Assembly: GCA_010093815.1 (NCBI GenBank)
Contig: ML996575.1
Strand: one strand, 5' to 3'
Source of the DNA: Pseudovirgaria hyperparasitica
Lineage: Eukaryota
Length of the DNA stretch: 64,000 bases
The number at the start of each line of letters is the position of its first letter. The first letter of the stretch is position 1. The translations under genes were made by a program, and so were the position numbers. Positions 52,723 through 64,000 of the stretch are shown piece by piece. The notes under the pieces were generated by a model that saw nothing but the letters and a program-made list of their open reading frames with translations, did not search any database and was not told the DNA's origin.

Positions 52723-53347
52723 GTTTCGAGTCCAGAAGTTGCGTACTGTCTCAGTAGTAATTTCGACTAATTCCAGATCTCGGTCACCGGTGTATCTTGC
52801 TTGGCTGCCGCACGAATGTGAAGGAGTATTGGAGACGTTCAGTAGTTTAGAAGCTGATAAGTACGTCGGGATAGAGAAGACGTTCAGTTTGAGTCTGCAC
52901 ACCCTTCGAAAATGTCCGCTTGGAAGAGTCAGTGGCAATCTCCGCTTTCATCGTAATCGCCGCGTGAGATGTGCGCACAGGCCACCTCTCTTGCTACGCA
53001 CACCTTCTCTATGTATAGCTATGAACCCGTCTTCACTCTTCATCAAAAGTGTTCGATCTCATCTCAGATTTCCGTTGCGCAGGCCGGCCCGTCGGGCTTG
53101 CACGTTCTTCGTTGGTGAAATGGTGCATTTCAACACGAATTAGCACTGTTTCTGCCCAGGCATACACTTCAAAGCCGGACAGACGTGTGTCGGAGCACGG
53201 AAGCCGAGCCGGAAAGCGACACACTCACAATCTTCATGTTGACGACTAGCTACACATATTCGATCTACTCGAACCGGTGCACTGGAACACTATCGCACCA
53301 TACGAACTCTGATAGGGTCTGTCCGCTTTCGGTGATCTATTACAGGC

Positions 53348-55069
53348 ATGATGCACAAGCCCATCTACCCAGGGGTCACGAAGCGGAAGCAAGCATGTCT
53401 AGGATGTCGGACAAGAAAAAAAAAGTGTGACGGTCAACGCCCGTCCTGTACTCCATGCAAACGCTGGAACGTAGTCTGTGACTACAATGAGTTTCCAACG
53501 GTCAGGAATGGAGGACCAACACGACCCGACATCGCACTAGGCATGCCAGGTTTCACAGTTTTCACAGACTTCTCTCATAACTATCATCAACACACTGGGA
53601 GTACTAGTTCGTCACTTCCCGGGTCGCAAGATAGCATGAGTACAGAGAGCTCCACCGTATCGCATACAAGTCCAGAATCCCTGGACTATTTGAGCAATTC
53701 GCCCGCAGATAAGGAGCCTATGATACCACCACTGAGCCTAGTATTGGAATTGTTGGATATTTTCGTTATCAAATACACAAGATTTCTCCCTTGCTTTCAC
53801 CTCGAGTCTCTGAAAGCTGATGTGAAGAGCGGCGAGCTACAAAGGTTCTCTTCATCATTGTTATTCGCCATACTTGCTATTGCGGCACCGCAGCACTCGG
53901 AACGAAAGGTTAAAGCCTCTCAAGCTATCTGGGCTTCTACTGCAAGTTCATTGTATGATTCTACGAGCCATGATGCTGTACCGCCGCTACGAGTTCTGCA
54001 AGCCGCCGTTTGCATTGTCTTCCTATCAATATCTAGGACAGACTACTCGAAAGCGTGGCTTACCTTGGGTAAAGCCTGGCGACAAGCTTGTGCAATGGGG
54101 TTTAATCGCATTGATGCTACATCAACAGGACCGTTGGTCTTATCGCCAGGACCCCTTAATTCCCGTGAGCAAGAGGAACGGCGACGAACTATGTGGACTT
54201 TGATGTTGCTTGATGGTGATCATTCCTATCCATCGGGATGGCCTACCGCGATTGATGTAAGACAAGTGGTAGTACACAAGCCTATAAGCGACGTAGCATT
54301 CAACCTTATGAGTTCCGAGTCCTCACTACCTCGAGAAAACGGCGACATGCTTCAACAAGTTTTAAAAGCCTACGAGACTTTAGGCAAGGCAGTTCAGCAC
54401 GTATACGTACTGCAACGTCCAGATGACTTATATGATCACTTTTTGAAAATGAAACAGTTAGTGCGGCAATCAGACTTGATTAAGGAGTCGTTACAGTTGT
54501 CACTTAATGAGCGGCATCAATATTTACAGCTTTGCTACGTTGTTTGGGCAAGCCTCATAAATTCCGCTACGATTATCCTTTTGAATCACCTTAGCGAAGA
54601 AGATTGGGAGATGATGAGAGACTCATCAATACCCGAAAAAGAACGTCTGTCATCAAACACATGCTTCTCTAAATGTGTTGCAGCAGCTACGGATGCAGCA
54701 GAGATGGTCAACCACATATTTGAAACTTCCTCACCTGATATCCTCCTCAATCCACACATCGCAGCAGCTATATACATCTGTAGTCGCCCTTTGCTGATCA
54801 CTTGGCACGAAACGCAGGACTCTATTTACCGGCGGGGTATCAGCACGTTCTTACACTTTTGCGATTGCCTCGCGGCTGAATTCCCTCCCCTCGGAAAGAA
54901 GTTCAAGGCTGGTATCGAGTTTTGTCTGGGTGAAGATGAATTCGGGATACAGGAAATGCGCAAGTCCGGCGCCAAAACGAACCTTGCATTCTGCAGTGTA
55001 TGGTTTGAGCGGTCTAAGTTAAACAGCGACTCATTTGTGCCAGGCAAGATACAGATGAGCAAACCCTAA
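53348..55069 (+). CDS. Zn(II)2Cys6 transcription factor with a fungal-specific TF domain, intronless
   Basis: ACLGCRTRKKKCDGQRPSCTPCKRWNVVC; FLPCFH; KAWLTLGKAWRQACAMG; EERRRTMW. Confidence 0.92.
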   Translation: MMHKPIYPGVTKRKQACLGCRTRKKKCDGQRPSCTPCKRWNVVCDYNEFPTVRNGGPTRPDIALGMPGFTVFTDFSHNYHQHTGSTSSSLPGSQDSMSTESSTVSHTSPESLDYLSNSPADKEPMIPPLSLVLELLDIFVIKYTRFLPCFHLESLKADVKSGELQRFSSSLLFAILAIAAPQHSERKVKASQAIWASTASSLYDSTSHDAVPPLRVLQAAVCIVFLSISRTDYSKAWLTLGKAWRQACAMGFNRIDATSTGPLVLSPGPLNSREQEERRRTMWTLMLLDGDHSYPSGWPTAIDVRQVVVHKPISDVAFNLMSSESSLPRENGDMLQQVLKAYETLGKAVQHVYVLQRPDDLYDHFLKMKQLVRQSDLIKESLQLSLNERHQYLQLCYVVWASLINSATIILLNHLSEEDWEMMRDSSIPEKERLSSNTCFSKCVAAATDAAEMVNHIFETSSPDILLNPHIAAAIYICSRPLLITWHETQDSIYRRGISTFLHFCDCLAAEFPPLGKKFKAGIEFCLGEDEFGIQEMRKSGAKTNLAFCSVWFERSKLNSDSFVPGKIQMSKP

Positions 55070-55300
55070 GCAAAATCGAACTCTGAAATTTGGATGTTTG
55101 AGAGATCACATGGTTACAAGATCATGTTTGCAATAGCGATACAGCGATCCTGACGAGCTCCCGGGGATCACGTATTGATTAGCAGAGTCTGTTTTGCTAA
55201 CCCACAAACCTACTCACTGTCGAACAAACTTAGGACCCCAGGGGCTGTTTAGTTATAACAAAAATGCAGCACCCTTGATTGGAACATGATGGGAAACTAC

Positions 55301-56107
55301 CTAACTGTTCGCCAGCAGCCTTCCTCCGTTGGTATGCAGAACGACCCCAGTCACAAATCGATCCTTCATAGCGTATATGTACGCCTCAGCCGTGTCCTCT
55401 GGCTTTCCGACCTCCTTCAGAAGCGTCTCAGTAGTCATCTTCTTGACGAATCCTTCTTCCGCCTCCGATGACTTGAATGATGACCACAGTTCTGTCTGTA
55501 TCGCACCAGGTGAGACTAAATTTACTCGCATCGGCGCAAGGTCCACGGCAAGGGCCCTCATGAGACCTTCGTTGGAAGCACCACGCAAGGCCATCAGGGT
55601 AGCTCCTGGCATGGGTCGATCAGAGTTGGTTCCCCCTGTCAGAGTAAATGAATTACCCGGGCTCAGGTCCATGTATTTGGGCAGGACCTTGGCGAGCATG
55701 AGTGGAGCAAGTGTGCGTACATTTCCACTTGCTTGGAAGTCTTCAGGCGTGGTATCCGAAAGTGGTGGAACCCGAAGCGCGTCTCCAGTGGTGAAAGCAA
55801 TATGATTGATCTTGCTATCAGTCGATACAGAGGCAAACAATTTGTTTAGGTTCGACTCCAGGTTGGCGGTATCGGATAAATCGACAACATGGCCCGTGAT
55901 CTGACCTGACTGGGTATTCGGGTAAGACTTCTTGATTCGTTCGATTGTCTTATTAATGCGGTCCTGGTTCGAGCCTGAGATAACAACCTTGGCCCCATGC
56001 TCGACAGCCGCTTCGGCGATACAGAAGCCAATGCCAGATGTTGCCCCGAACACAAGTACGTGCTTGCCGGCAAGCTTGTTGAGATACTTCAGTGGTTGTA
56101 GAGACAT
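55301..56107 (-). CDS. Atypical short-chain dehydrogenase/reductase (MalC/PhqE-like fungal family)
   Basis: MSLQPLKYLNKLAGKHVLVFGATSGIG (Rossmann motif), NHIAFTTGD, RVNLVSPGAIQTELW and NGGRLL. No YxxxK at the usual position. Confidence 0.88.
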   Translation of the reverse strand: MSLQPLKYLNKLAGKHVLVFGATSGIGFCIAEAAVEHGAKVVISGSNQDRINKTIERIKKSYPNTQSGQITGHVVDLSDTANLESNLNKLFASVSTDSKINHIAFTTGDALRVPPLSDTTPEDFQASGNVRTLAPLMLAKVLPKYMDLSPGNSFTLTGGTNSDRPMPGATLMALRGASNEGLMRALAVDLAPMRVNLVSPGAIQTELWSSFKSSEAEEGFVKKMTTETLLKEVGKPEDTAEAYIYAMKDRFVTGVVLHTNGGRLLANS

Positions 56108-56405
56108 CTTGAAGTGCTGTAGTCTCAATATATCATAAAAAGATGAGATGATTTAAGCGGTGCAAATTCATTCCACATTCTGATGGGCCCTACTACTACT
56201 TATACTACACATCGGACCAACATTCATACCGATTCGAGTCGAATTTCTCATCAACAGCAGCGAGCGAGAACGGACATAGCATGACGTTACGACTCTCGAT
56301 AATCGGCTGACTAGCCGTTGGTATTTGCGTGATTACAAGACTTGGGGCGGTAATTGAGGTCTTTTCGATGAGTACTTCGAGAATTGCTTCCTATTTGGGA
56401 AAATA

Positions 56406-56422
56406 CTAGGCGGACCGCCTAG
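56406..56422. promoter_or_regulatory. Perfect 17-bp palindrome CTAGGCGG-A-CCGCCTAG, candidate dimeric TF site
   Basis: 8-bp arms are exact reverse complements. It lies in the divergent SDR/hypothetical-gene promoter, and the CGG-N1-CCG core recurs at 56507-56517. Confidence 0.45.
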
Positions 56423-56557
56423 CGCCTATTTTGACGGACACGGACCCGGACGTCGTCAGTGCCAAGCCCGATCGAGGTAGAGAGATTTCAGGCATTAAAG
56501 CATCAACCCGGTCCGGGCCGGCTGCAGCTGCGAGTGAAGAGGTCCGAAGCCCAAGGA

Positions 56558-56587
56558 TCAAGGGTCAAGAGTCAAGAGTCAAGGGTC
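56558..56587. repeat. Heptamer tandem repeat (TCAAGRG)x4
   Basis: tcaaggg tcaagag tcaagag tcaaggg seen directly. Confidence 0.8.
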
Positions 56588-56926
56588 TTTGATGTCGACA
56601 GAGCCTGAGCTCGAAACCGGCCAAGAAGGAATGAAAGTTACATTATAGTACAGTATCATTAATTAGATAAGACAGGTGGCATGTCTGTATCTATCTTAGC
56701 GCGTTGCACTCCACCTACTCAGCACTTTTCAGCATGCTACAGGACTATTCAGCACTCCGCCTGGACTTTCTACATACGTCTTTGCTCCGGTTTGGTTGGA
56801 AGCATATCATTCACCCACCCCGCATGGAACAACCAGGGTGCGTAACATCCTACTCTCCAACGCACTCTTGTCGAGGGCGTTCCCTGAGTTCTTTCATGCC
56901 ATCTTCCACTCTCACCGTCATCAGAG

Positions 56927-57866
56927 ATGTCGTCAAGTTCAAAAAGAAGCCGTAATCGAAGTCCAGGCTGGTACCACCCGCAGACTGACAGTTATCTATT
57001 GTCTAAAGTACCACGAGAAGTCCGTTTGATGATCTGGGAATATGTGCTAACAGGCAATGACTTACTTGTCACTCAAACCAAAGCGCCTGTCTTGCTGGAG
57101 CGTAAAGAGCCTGGAAAGCGCGCCTACCACTACTATCCGCTGAAGTCGACATATCTGGGTCAGGTCCCTGTATCAGATGATCCGTTCCACGTCTGGAACA
57201 TTGCCAAGCGTCTCAACACCGAGCCTCATCTTTTTGACAGAGGCCAGTCTATCCTTGCCTTGCTGCTGACTTGTCGAGCAATGTACGTCGCCCAAGATCC
57301 CGACTGCCCCAAAGACATTCATGAGTGCTGACGATCAACGCAGCTACGATGAAGCTGCTCTCCTTAAGCAGCGCAATTTCAACAAAGGAAATCATCTTTA
57401 CTTCGTAGGCATGGCTGCTCTTGAACAGCTCTGCCGCACTGTGTCTCTCTCCAAGCTGCATGGCAACGCCTGGACCATCTTCCCCGACTCTATGATCTCC
57501 TGTTTCCTGGCTCGCTTCAAGCATCCACAGCAGGCTATATGCTCGCGCACGTACGCGCACCACTTTGATGACCCTTCATCCGCTTTCGCTGAGGTGCTGT
57601 GGAATCGTGTAGATCGGCGCGCATATGGGAAGTCGCGTCATGTGAAAGCATTGCTGTCGATCAAAGAGTTTCCCGAGTTGCCCTTTCCAGCGGAGACGAA
57701 GGTGGATGTCATCCTAGGCACCATGATTGGCGTGGCCGACGATGAAGTGAGGAGGAAGAGGGATTTCGGGCTTTGTTTCCAGGTTCTTGTGGGAGTGCGA
57801 GGTGATGATGTCTTACCACGCTGTGCGCGTGATGCTTGCTGTTCGCTGCTCTCCAGTCCTCAATGA
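56927..57866 (+). CDS. Hypothetical fungal protein with an F-box-like N-terminal motif, 2 exons
   Basis: QTDSYLLSKVPREVRLMIWEYVL and LALLLTCRAI|YDEA motifs typical of a large fungal accessory family. Intron GTACGT...GCTGAC...CAG (about 57283-57343) joins two ORF-track frames. Confidence 0.7.
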
Positions 57867-58299
57867 CCGTCATGACCCAGGCAATATTCTCCTCTTAACG
57901 TTTCTGTCCGGATAATTCTTTCTATAAGCGCAGGAGTAGATAGGCGCTAGGGACCTCGTTGTATCCACACATCCTATAATTCCACTTCATCTCAAGCAAG
58001 CCCATAAGTGCATAGCATGCTTTACATTCGCAGAAATGTTTCACGAAGCCCACTCATTACTCAAGTATTCAGCACCGAAGCTAGATGTGTTTACACCCAT
58101 TAAGGGACATGCCAACCATCATAAGATCCCCTTTACTGCCTTGTCCACCCTCTGCCTAAGCAATCAAAAACTGATCGCTCTGGCTTTCTAGAAACTTAAG
58201 ACAGTCATATCAGCCTGGTGTACCACAGGTCCTCAATCTCTTCCCTCGGCACGCACGTCTCCATTCTGAGTGACTAGCTCGGCAAACAAACCTTTTAGA

Positions 58300-58790
58300 A
58301 TAGAATGTGCATATTACTCAGCGCGGAATGGCCTATAGTATCGCTATATACAAGGTCTCCTTAATGGGCTAATGAGTCTTTGAACTTGGTGTAGTACGCA
58401 TATAGTGTCTTTGATTGCTACTAGTTCTCTGCAGAGTAGCCCTTGAAACAAGTTCCCGTGAGAATCTTGTTGAATAGGTACATTATAAGTACCACTTTAT
58501 CCCTCTCTCTGTATATGAATTCAGGTTACGAGCAATGATGTCATCTACAACTTCTATGGTATAACCCCTAGTCGGGTAAATTATGATATAAGGGCTCAGT
58601 TTACTAATGGTAGATGAGCACTTTAAGTCTTAGCTATTTATCTGCATATTTTAGATATATATCAAGTAGATAGACTAGTAAGTATAGGGAATATTTGAAG
58701 CAGTTGTATACTTCTTCATACTACTAAAAGATCTATAGACGAATCTCATCTTAGTTTTAGTATACAGTCTATAATATCCTCTGCACCGGA
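58300..58790. other. AT-rich, TpA-enriched tract; candidate RIP-degraded repeat or transposon relic
   Basis: Visible excess of TA/TAG/TAA words (e.g. ttagatatatatcaagtagatagactagtaagtata) and no long ORF. No transposase motif or terminal repeat recognised. Confidence 0.4.
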
Positions 58791-61700
58791 CAGCTGGGTA
58801 CTGGAAGCACCAAACTGAGACTTGAAATTTCCGTTCCCAAATTCAGTTGTAGCTAGAGATCAATTTCAAGGTTTTGCTCAGTATATACGACAAACCTACA
58901 CTCCCCGAGCTATTACAAGGATGTCAAAGGTTTCTGATGAGTGATCATTTCAAATTTGGGATTTTCTGATTGCGAATCATAATGCGAATCATAAGTGATG
59001 CGTCAAGTACGACTTGAGAATCTACTAAGCTATCGTGACCGGAAATATTCATATAGTCTGGCTTATACGCGATTCAATATGTAGACAAGTTCACTTTTTA
59101 CAAAACCAAGATTCTCAGATCTGGCTCGATGGCATCACTCGATACGTCACACATCGCCCAGGGGGCAAACTTCCAACGACACCCCTTATCCATCTCCTTG
59201 AAACCTCTTGCAGTAACGCTCATCATTACAAAACCCTATGATTATAATACTACAATCATCCATTAGCAGGAAATGAGCTTAACCACGACCATGTGTTTCC
59301 GTTAAGCGGTCTGTGGTAGATGCTGTTTGACTTAGCCTTTACACTCGTCTAATTGGAGACTATATAACGCTTCTGAGGATTTCTATCTACCACGTAAGCT
59401 AAGCTGTTTATTTCTACAGTTTTACTCCACATGTCCACCGTGTCGATCATCTATATAAAGTACACTATAAGTCAACCGTTGTTCACTTGTGCCTGTACGT
59501 GACCTACTGTTTGCTTCACTCATTTGTTTACCCAGCCTTGTAAGGTGACGCGGTGACCGTGTGATGAAGGCAGGTGGTCATGGACGTGATTCTCAGAAGT
59601 CGACCCGGCACTCTACGGCTCCTCAGACCACTATTTAAGCAGGCCACTGTCTCTTCCTTCCCCTCGAAGTAAGCTCAAAGGCCTCAAGCAAACAAACTAA
59701 GCGCCATTGAAGGTGCTTGATTGCATCCTGTTGGAGGTCGATATAATTTGGGACGTTGTTGATGCTTGCCTCCAGATCTATGCTGCGCTCAGGTGTACTT
59801 AGCATCAAACACGAAACCACATTATGTTGTTTGGCACGCCGAAAAGTGCGGTAGTCCATGCTTTTGCGCTCGATGGAGGTTATGCTGATGCTGTGCAGCA
59901 TGTCCAGTGATTGTAGCTTAACAGTATTCGGTGTGATAATAAAGATCATCAACAAATCCACGGAACTATGAATATTTAAAGAGACGCTTGTGCCTCGGAT
60001 GGGAAAGTCAGTTTTAGCCACCTAATGCCCACCTTAGTGAATGAAAAGTGAAAGTCCAGATACGATGATACGTACGTGATTACCCGGCGCGTCATCAGAG
60101 CTGCGCTAGGCAGTATATATACCACTCCTTCCTCTCCTCCTCTGACCTTTTCTTCTATGCATCCAGCATTCTCTTAGTCTCGAAATGATAGACTTCGAAG
60201 CACACGGAAATGGATGGTGGCTCCCATTTCGGACATAGATGGTGATATGATGTATGTGTCTTGATCATGACTAAGTACACGCATGGCGCCTTCTGTTGTA
60301 GTCCACAATATTGTCCCTGCTGGCTCATTATTGCTGCGCTGATGATGATTATCTGTCTTACACGTTAAGGAGTATCAGTATTCGACCTAAAGATAATATC
60401 CATCATCCCGAACAAGGTAAAGGGAAGGGAAAGCATATATTGTCCTTGTAATCGCTGTAGCTAACGAGGCTTGTAGTTGTGCCAGTGTATAGGCACGTCT
60501 AGATACGCCACATTCAGCATCAAATAAATATACGTCATAAGGTTTAATCAAAGAGCCATAATAGGATTCCACTGCTCATGATAGGAACCATGCCCGAAGT
60601 TGACTGGAGCTTGATCGACCATCTCCCTCGTAGATACATCTGTCGAGCCAGCAATATAAACACGGTCAGGCAAGAATTATTGGAATTGAATGTAATTACA
60701 GACAGAAACAATCATGATTAGCAGCTTGGCAACTACTTTAAATGTTTCTGCAAGAATTTGAACAAACATTGCTCAAAAATAGCCTTGGTTCATCTGGCGT
60801 CCTGAATCTCCGACATGAAAAACTTTTGTCCGGCACTCTAAAATGTATGCTATCTTTGGTGGCAATCAATCTTAAGGGTCATTACGATCGGTCCGTCACA
60901 TGTGCATACCCGCGGGCTTACAAACTCCTGCCCAATACTGTGTCTGCTGCAAGGCCCATGACACAGAAATGAAGTCTATGATACATGACGGATGCTCCCC
61001 GATGTCACATGCCAGAATACGCCTGATTTAGTAGGGATATGGTTTAACGTGACAGAAAAAAGGACCATTGTCTAGTGTATGAGTAAAAGGTACCAGAATC
61101 GTATGCTTAGAATCCTGTTGATCTGTCATCCGCAACTTCTTCGGCGATCTTGTGACTCGAGCTGTGCCTAGTAATATTTCACCGAGACGTGCATGCTAAG
61201 GATAGCGGTATGTCTATGGAGGACGCAGGGCGATATGAGCTTGCACCGTCACGAGGAGAGAAGGGAGATAGCAGAAGTTTCTCCGTCACGGGGTGAGCAT
61301 AACCAGTAGTGTTCGTAGAGGCTCACCAGGGTCGTAAGTATTGTATGAATGATAATCTTCGACAGGTGATGGTGTGCAGTGAGTTCAAACAGCAGGTTGG
61401 ACTTACAAGAGCCCTGTCCATCGACCGTATGTGTGACTGAACAGATTCCATCCGGGGCCAGCTGCATATATTAGTCCTTGCATCTGCATGAGAATCGCTG
61501 CACGGGATATGCTGCATGTCCATTTGATTCTGGTCATTGAGACCGGCTGGATGGCATTGTTTTAGAAGAGGTGACTTTGCCATATTACAGCTTCCAGTCG
61601 CTAGAATGTAGTCACGATTGCCCTGGTGAGCTTTTCGAGCATGGGACGATCTTGCACTGCATTGAGCGAGCGCTCTGTGCCTACTGCTATACCCACGAGA

Positions 61701-64000
61701 TGTCTGCGTATACGAATGCGATACAGTTCCGAAATCAGCTTACGCCATACGCCTCTTCTAAGATTACTCCTATGTCTATGAATGCATAATCAGCGTGCAT
61801 TCACTTGCGCGCGCATTATTTTTCCGGCCACTCGACCTCTCAAACCATTACGGATAGGCTTGAGGCTTTAGCATATACATACGGTGGCACCTACACTTGA
61901 AGTAGTCATATGGGCGATAGAGCTTACGTGTGCGACACGTCTGTAGTCAACGAACGCCAGTACACTATCGTACGCTTAACGAGAGATACAGAGCTAGGAA
62001 CTAGTGTTACCTGTTATATTATACAACAAAACCAATTACACAGGACGTAAGGGCTTGATGGTGCAGCGGTTCGTCTCAGCGCAATAGAAACCGGCAATTT
62101 GAGAACTCATTTACAATAAGAACTTCCCTATCCAACTAAATTTTGTGAGGAGTAAGAATTTCTGGACGTTGGACGTATGTTGAAGGGGATAACTGAGTCG
62201 GGTGTGAATATTCAATAATCATTTGCCTGGGAGTGTAGATGCAAGTCTATCTGACTCTCCAGCTGTCAGACTGCATGGGTAATCAGGGCGTATCAGACTT
62301 CTTCATGGACATATATCTAGACGTCGACTCAGTAGCATGCTGATTTGATGTTGGCGGTGAAGTACTTGATGCTGACATACTTCTGATAGCGAAGGGAAGC
62401 AACTATGCTAACACTTTGACCCGTAGATAGGTTTGTAGGGAACATCGCCTAAGCGAGTCAGATCTTGCGCATTGAGCATATGCCCGATGTTGTCGACGTC
62501 GGTTCCCAGCTGGAATGGATGCTCGCTCAACCAAAGACAATGTTGAACAAATGGATTCTTCTTGTATGGGAACGGTACATTGTCACGCTATGAAAGATGA
62601 GCTTGGGAGCCAGTGGCTTGATCCGAGCTACAATAATATCACAGTCTAGTATAGGGATGGAAGTGAAGTTCGTTCTGGATGCAAATGCGTAGGTAGGAGA
62701 ATCTCTATCGTCTATATTCTAAGCGATGACCGATGAATATGAGGTAACGCATGAATTGATCGCAGCCTGTAACAAGTTCATACATTATTTCTAGCGCTTC
62801 ACTTTGCATATTTTCTGATTGCAATTCACATACGTGAGACGTGAGGTTGTGCAGATGGGGGCGAGGTTACCGATTTGCGGTCGGTCAAAGTCAAACACTA
62901 ATTAGATCCTGAAGGCTACCTCGTCCCGTAGCCTTTGTTTCAAGCAGTTGATTTCAAGACGGAGGATTCAGGCTAAGTAGTAGGATGTATAGTGAGCGAA
63001 TGGAAACGGATGGAGGCGATGCGGTGCCTCGGTAAGTTAGTCCAGTCCAATATGATTTGATGTTGTTAAATGATGTGATGAAAGTTGGATTGCAGGTGGC
63101 TATGAACAACGAGGAGACTCATGTGTAGTACTTGTGTACTTCCGCCAACCATTCGGCGGGGCCGCGTCAGATTGGAAGATAGGCGATGCATTGGCCTGTT
63201 TGTTCGTATAGCATGATGTGCCAAGAGCTGACTGTTTCGGGGTCATTAGCTATATGTGGGGCGATGATCCCGTATAGTTGAGATAGGCTGACATCTGTAA
63301 CATGTAAGTCGGTGTTAGCAGCAGCGAAGCGGAATAAAATTGGACCACCACACTTAGAGTAACAGACCTTACGGTGTTGACGATGTTGGGCGGAGACGAT
63401 GCCGGCTCGGAAAGTGAAAAGTGAGGGAAGAGCTATTAAGGGCTTGCTTATCCTGTCTAATATCAAAGCACGTGCATAATAATGTATTATTTAGACGAGC
63501 TATATCACAACTAGCGTTGTAGCCCCCTCCCCGAAGTAGTAATCACTGCGTGGACGAAACTTTACTAAACTTTAATTGATTTGGGTTACGACCATTTCGC
63601 TCTATAATATAAACTAATACACAAGTGACGCAACCGGACGACTTACGGAGATCCCCGTGCAACTCCGCGTAGAGATTTGTCTTACCGTCTCTCAAGCGAG
63701 AAGGCAAAACTCAAGGATGCAGGTAAATGAAATTGATGGCTTTGACGACAGGGACTTCTGCTTGCATAACTCTCCTGCCATGTCTTATCTTCTCCACCAA
63801 TCGAAAGCCGGGCAATCTGAGATTAGATGGAACGATTCTCAAGACGCGATGGGTCATGTGTTAGTGAGTCTAAAGTATTAGCTCGTCCGACGCTTGAAGG
63901 GATCTGTTGCCCTATATGAAAGTAGGGTGGGGCCGTGAAGGATTACCGGAAAGTTGGAGTCTGCCCACGGCACTAATTACCCAACCACGCACAGCCTCTT

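Noticed and set aside
62912..62940. Hairpin AAGGCTAC-N8-GTAGCCTT followed by T residues, terminator-like
   Set aside because: Intrinsic terminators are a bacterial feature, and an 8-bp stem is expected by chance in 64 kb.

Overview
Eukaryotic, intron-rich DNA from a filamentous ascomycete (Pezizomycotina), judged from short GT-AG introns with CTRAC branch sites and fungal-type genes. About 23 protein-coding genes can be supported. Bases 1-52 kb are mostly housekeeping: a non-canonical aspartyl-tRNA synthetase that looks like ErdS (cut by the left edge), a questin-oxidase/HypA-like protein, tubB-type alpha-tubulin, ATP1, Mpo1-like, RPB7, dipeptidyl aminopeptidase B, TAF3-like, PRP16, CIA2/MIP18, a conserved Zn2Cys6 factor, GH16 glucanase, SNU114, ERG10, a GH30_7 xylanase and capping protein beta. 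From 52-58 kb there is an accessory block with no PKS/NRPS backbone in view: a stand-alone thioesterase, an intronless Zn2Cys6 factor, an atypical MalC/PhqE-like SDR and a hypothetical gene. The last ~6 kb is gene-poor and partly TpA-rich (RIP-like). The most notable points are the probable tRNA-dependent sterol-aspartylation gene without its usual ErdH neighbour, a possible splice switch between HEEL and GPI-like C-termini in the GH16, the orphan TE/TF/SDR triad with palindromic CGG sites, and repeated C-rich to G-rich strand-skew switches. All calls are from reading and hand translation; no database search was run.
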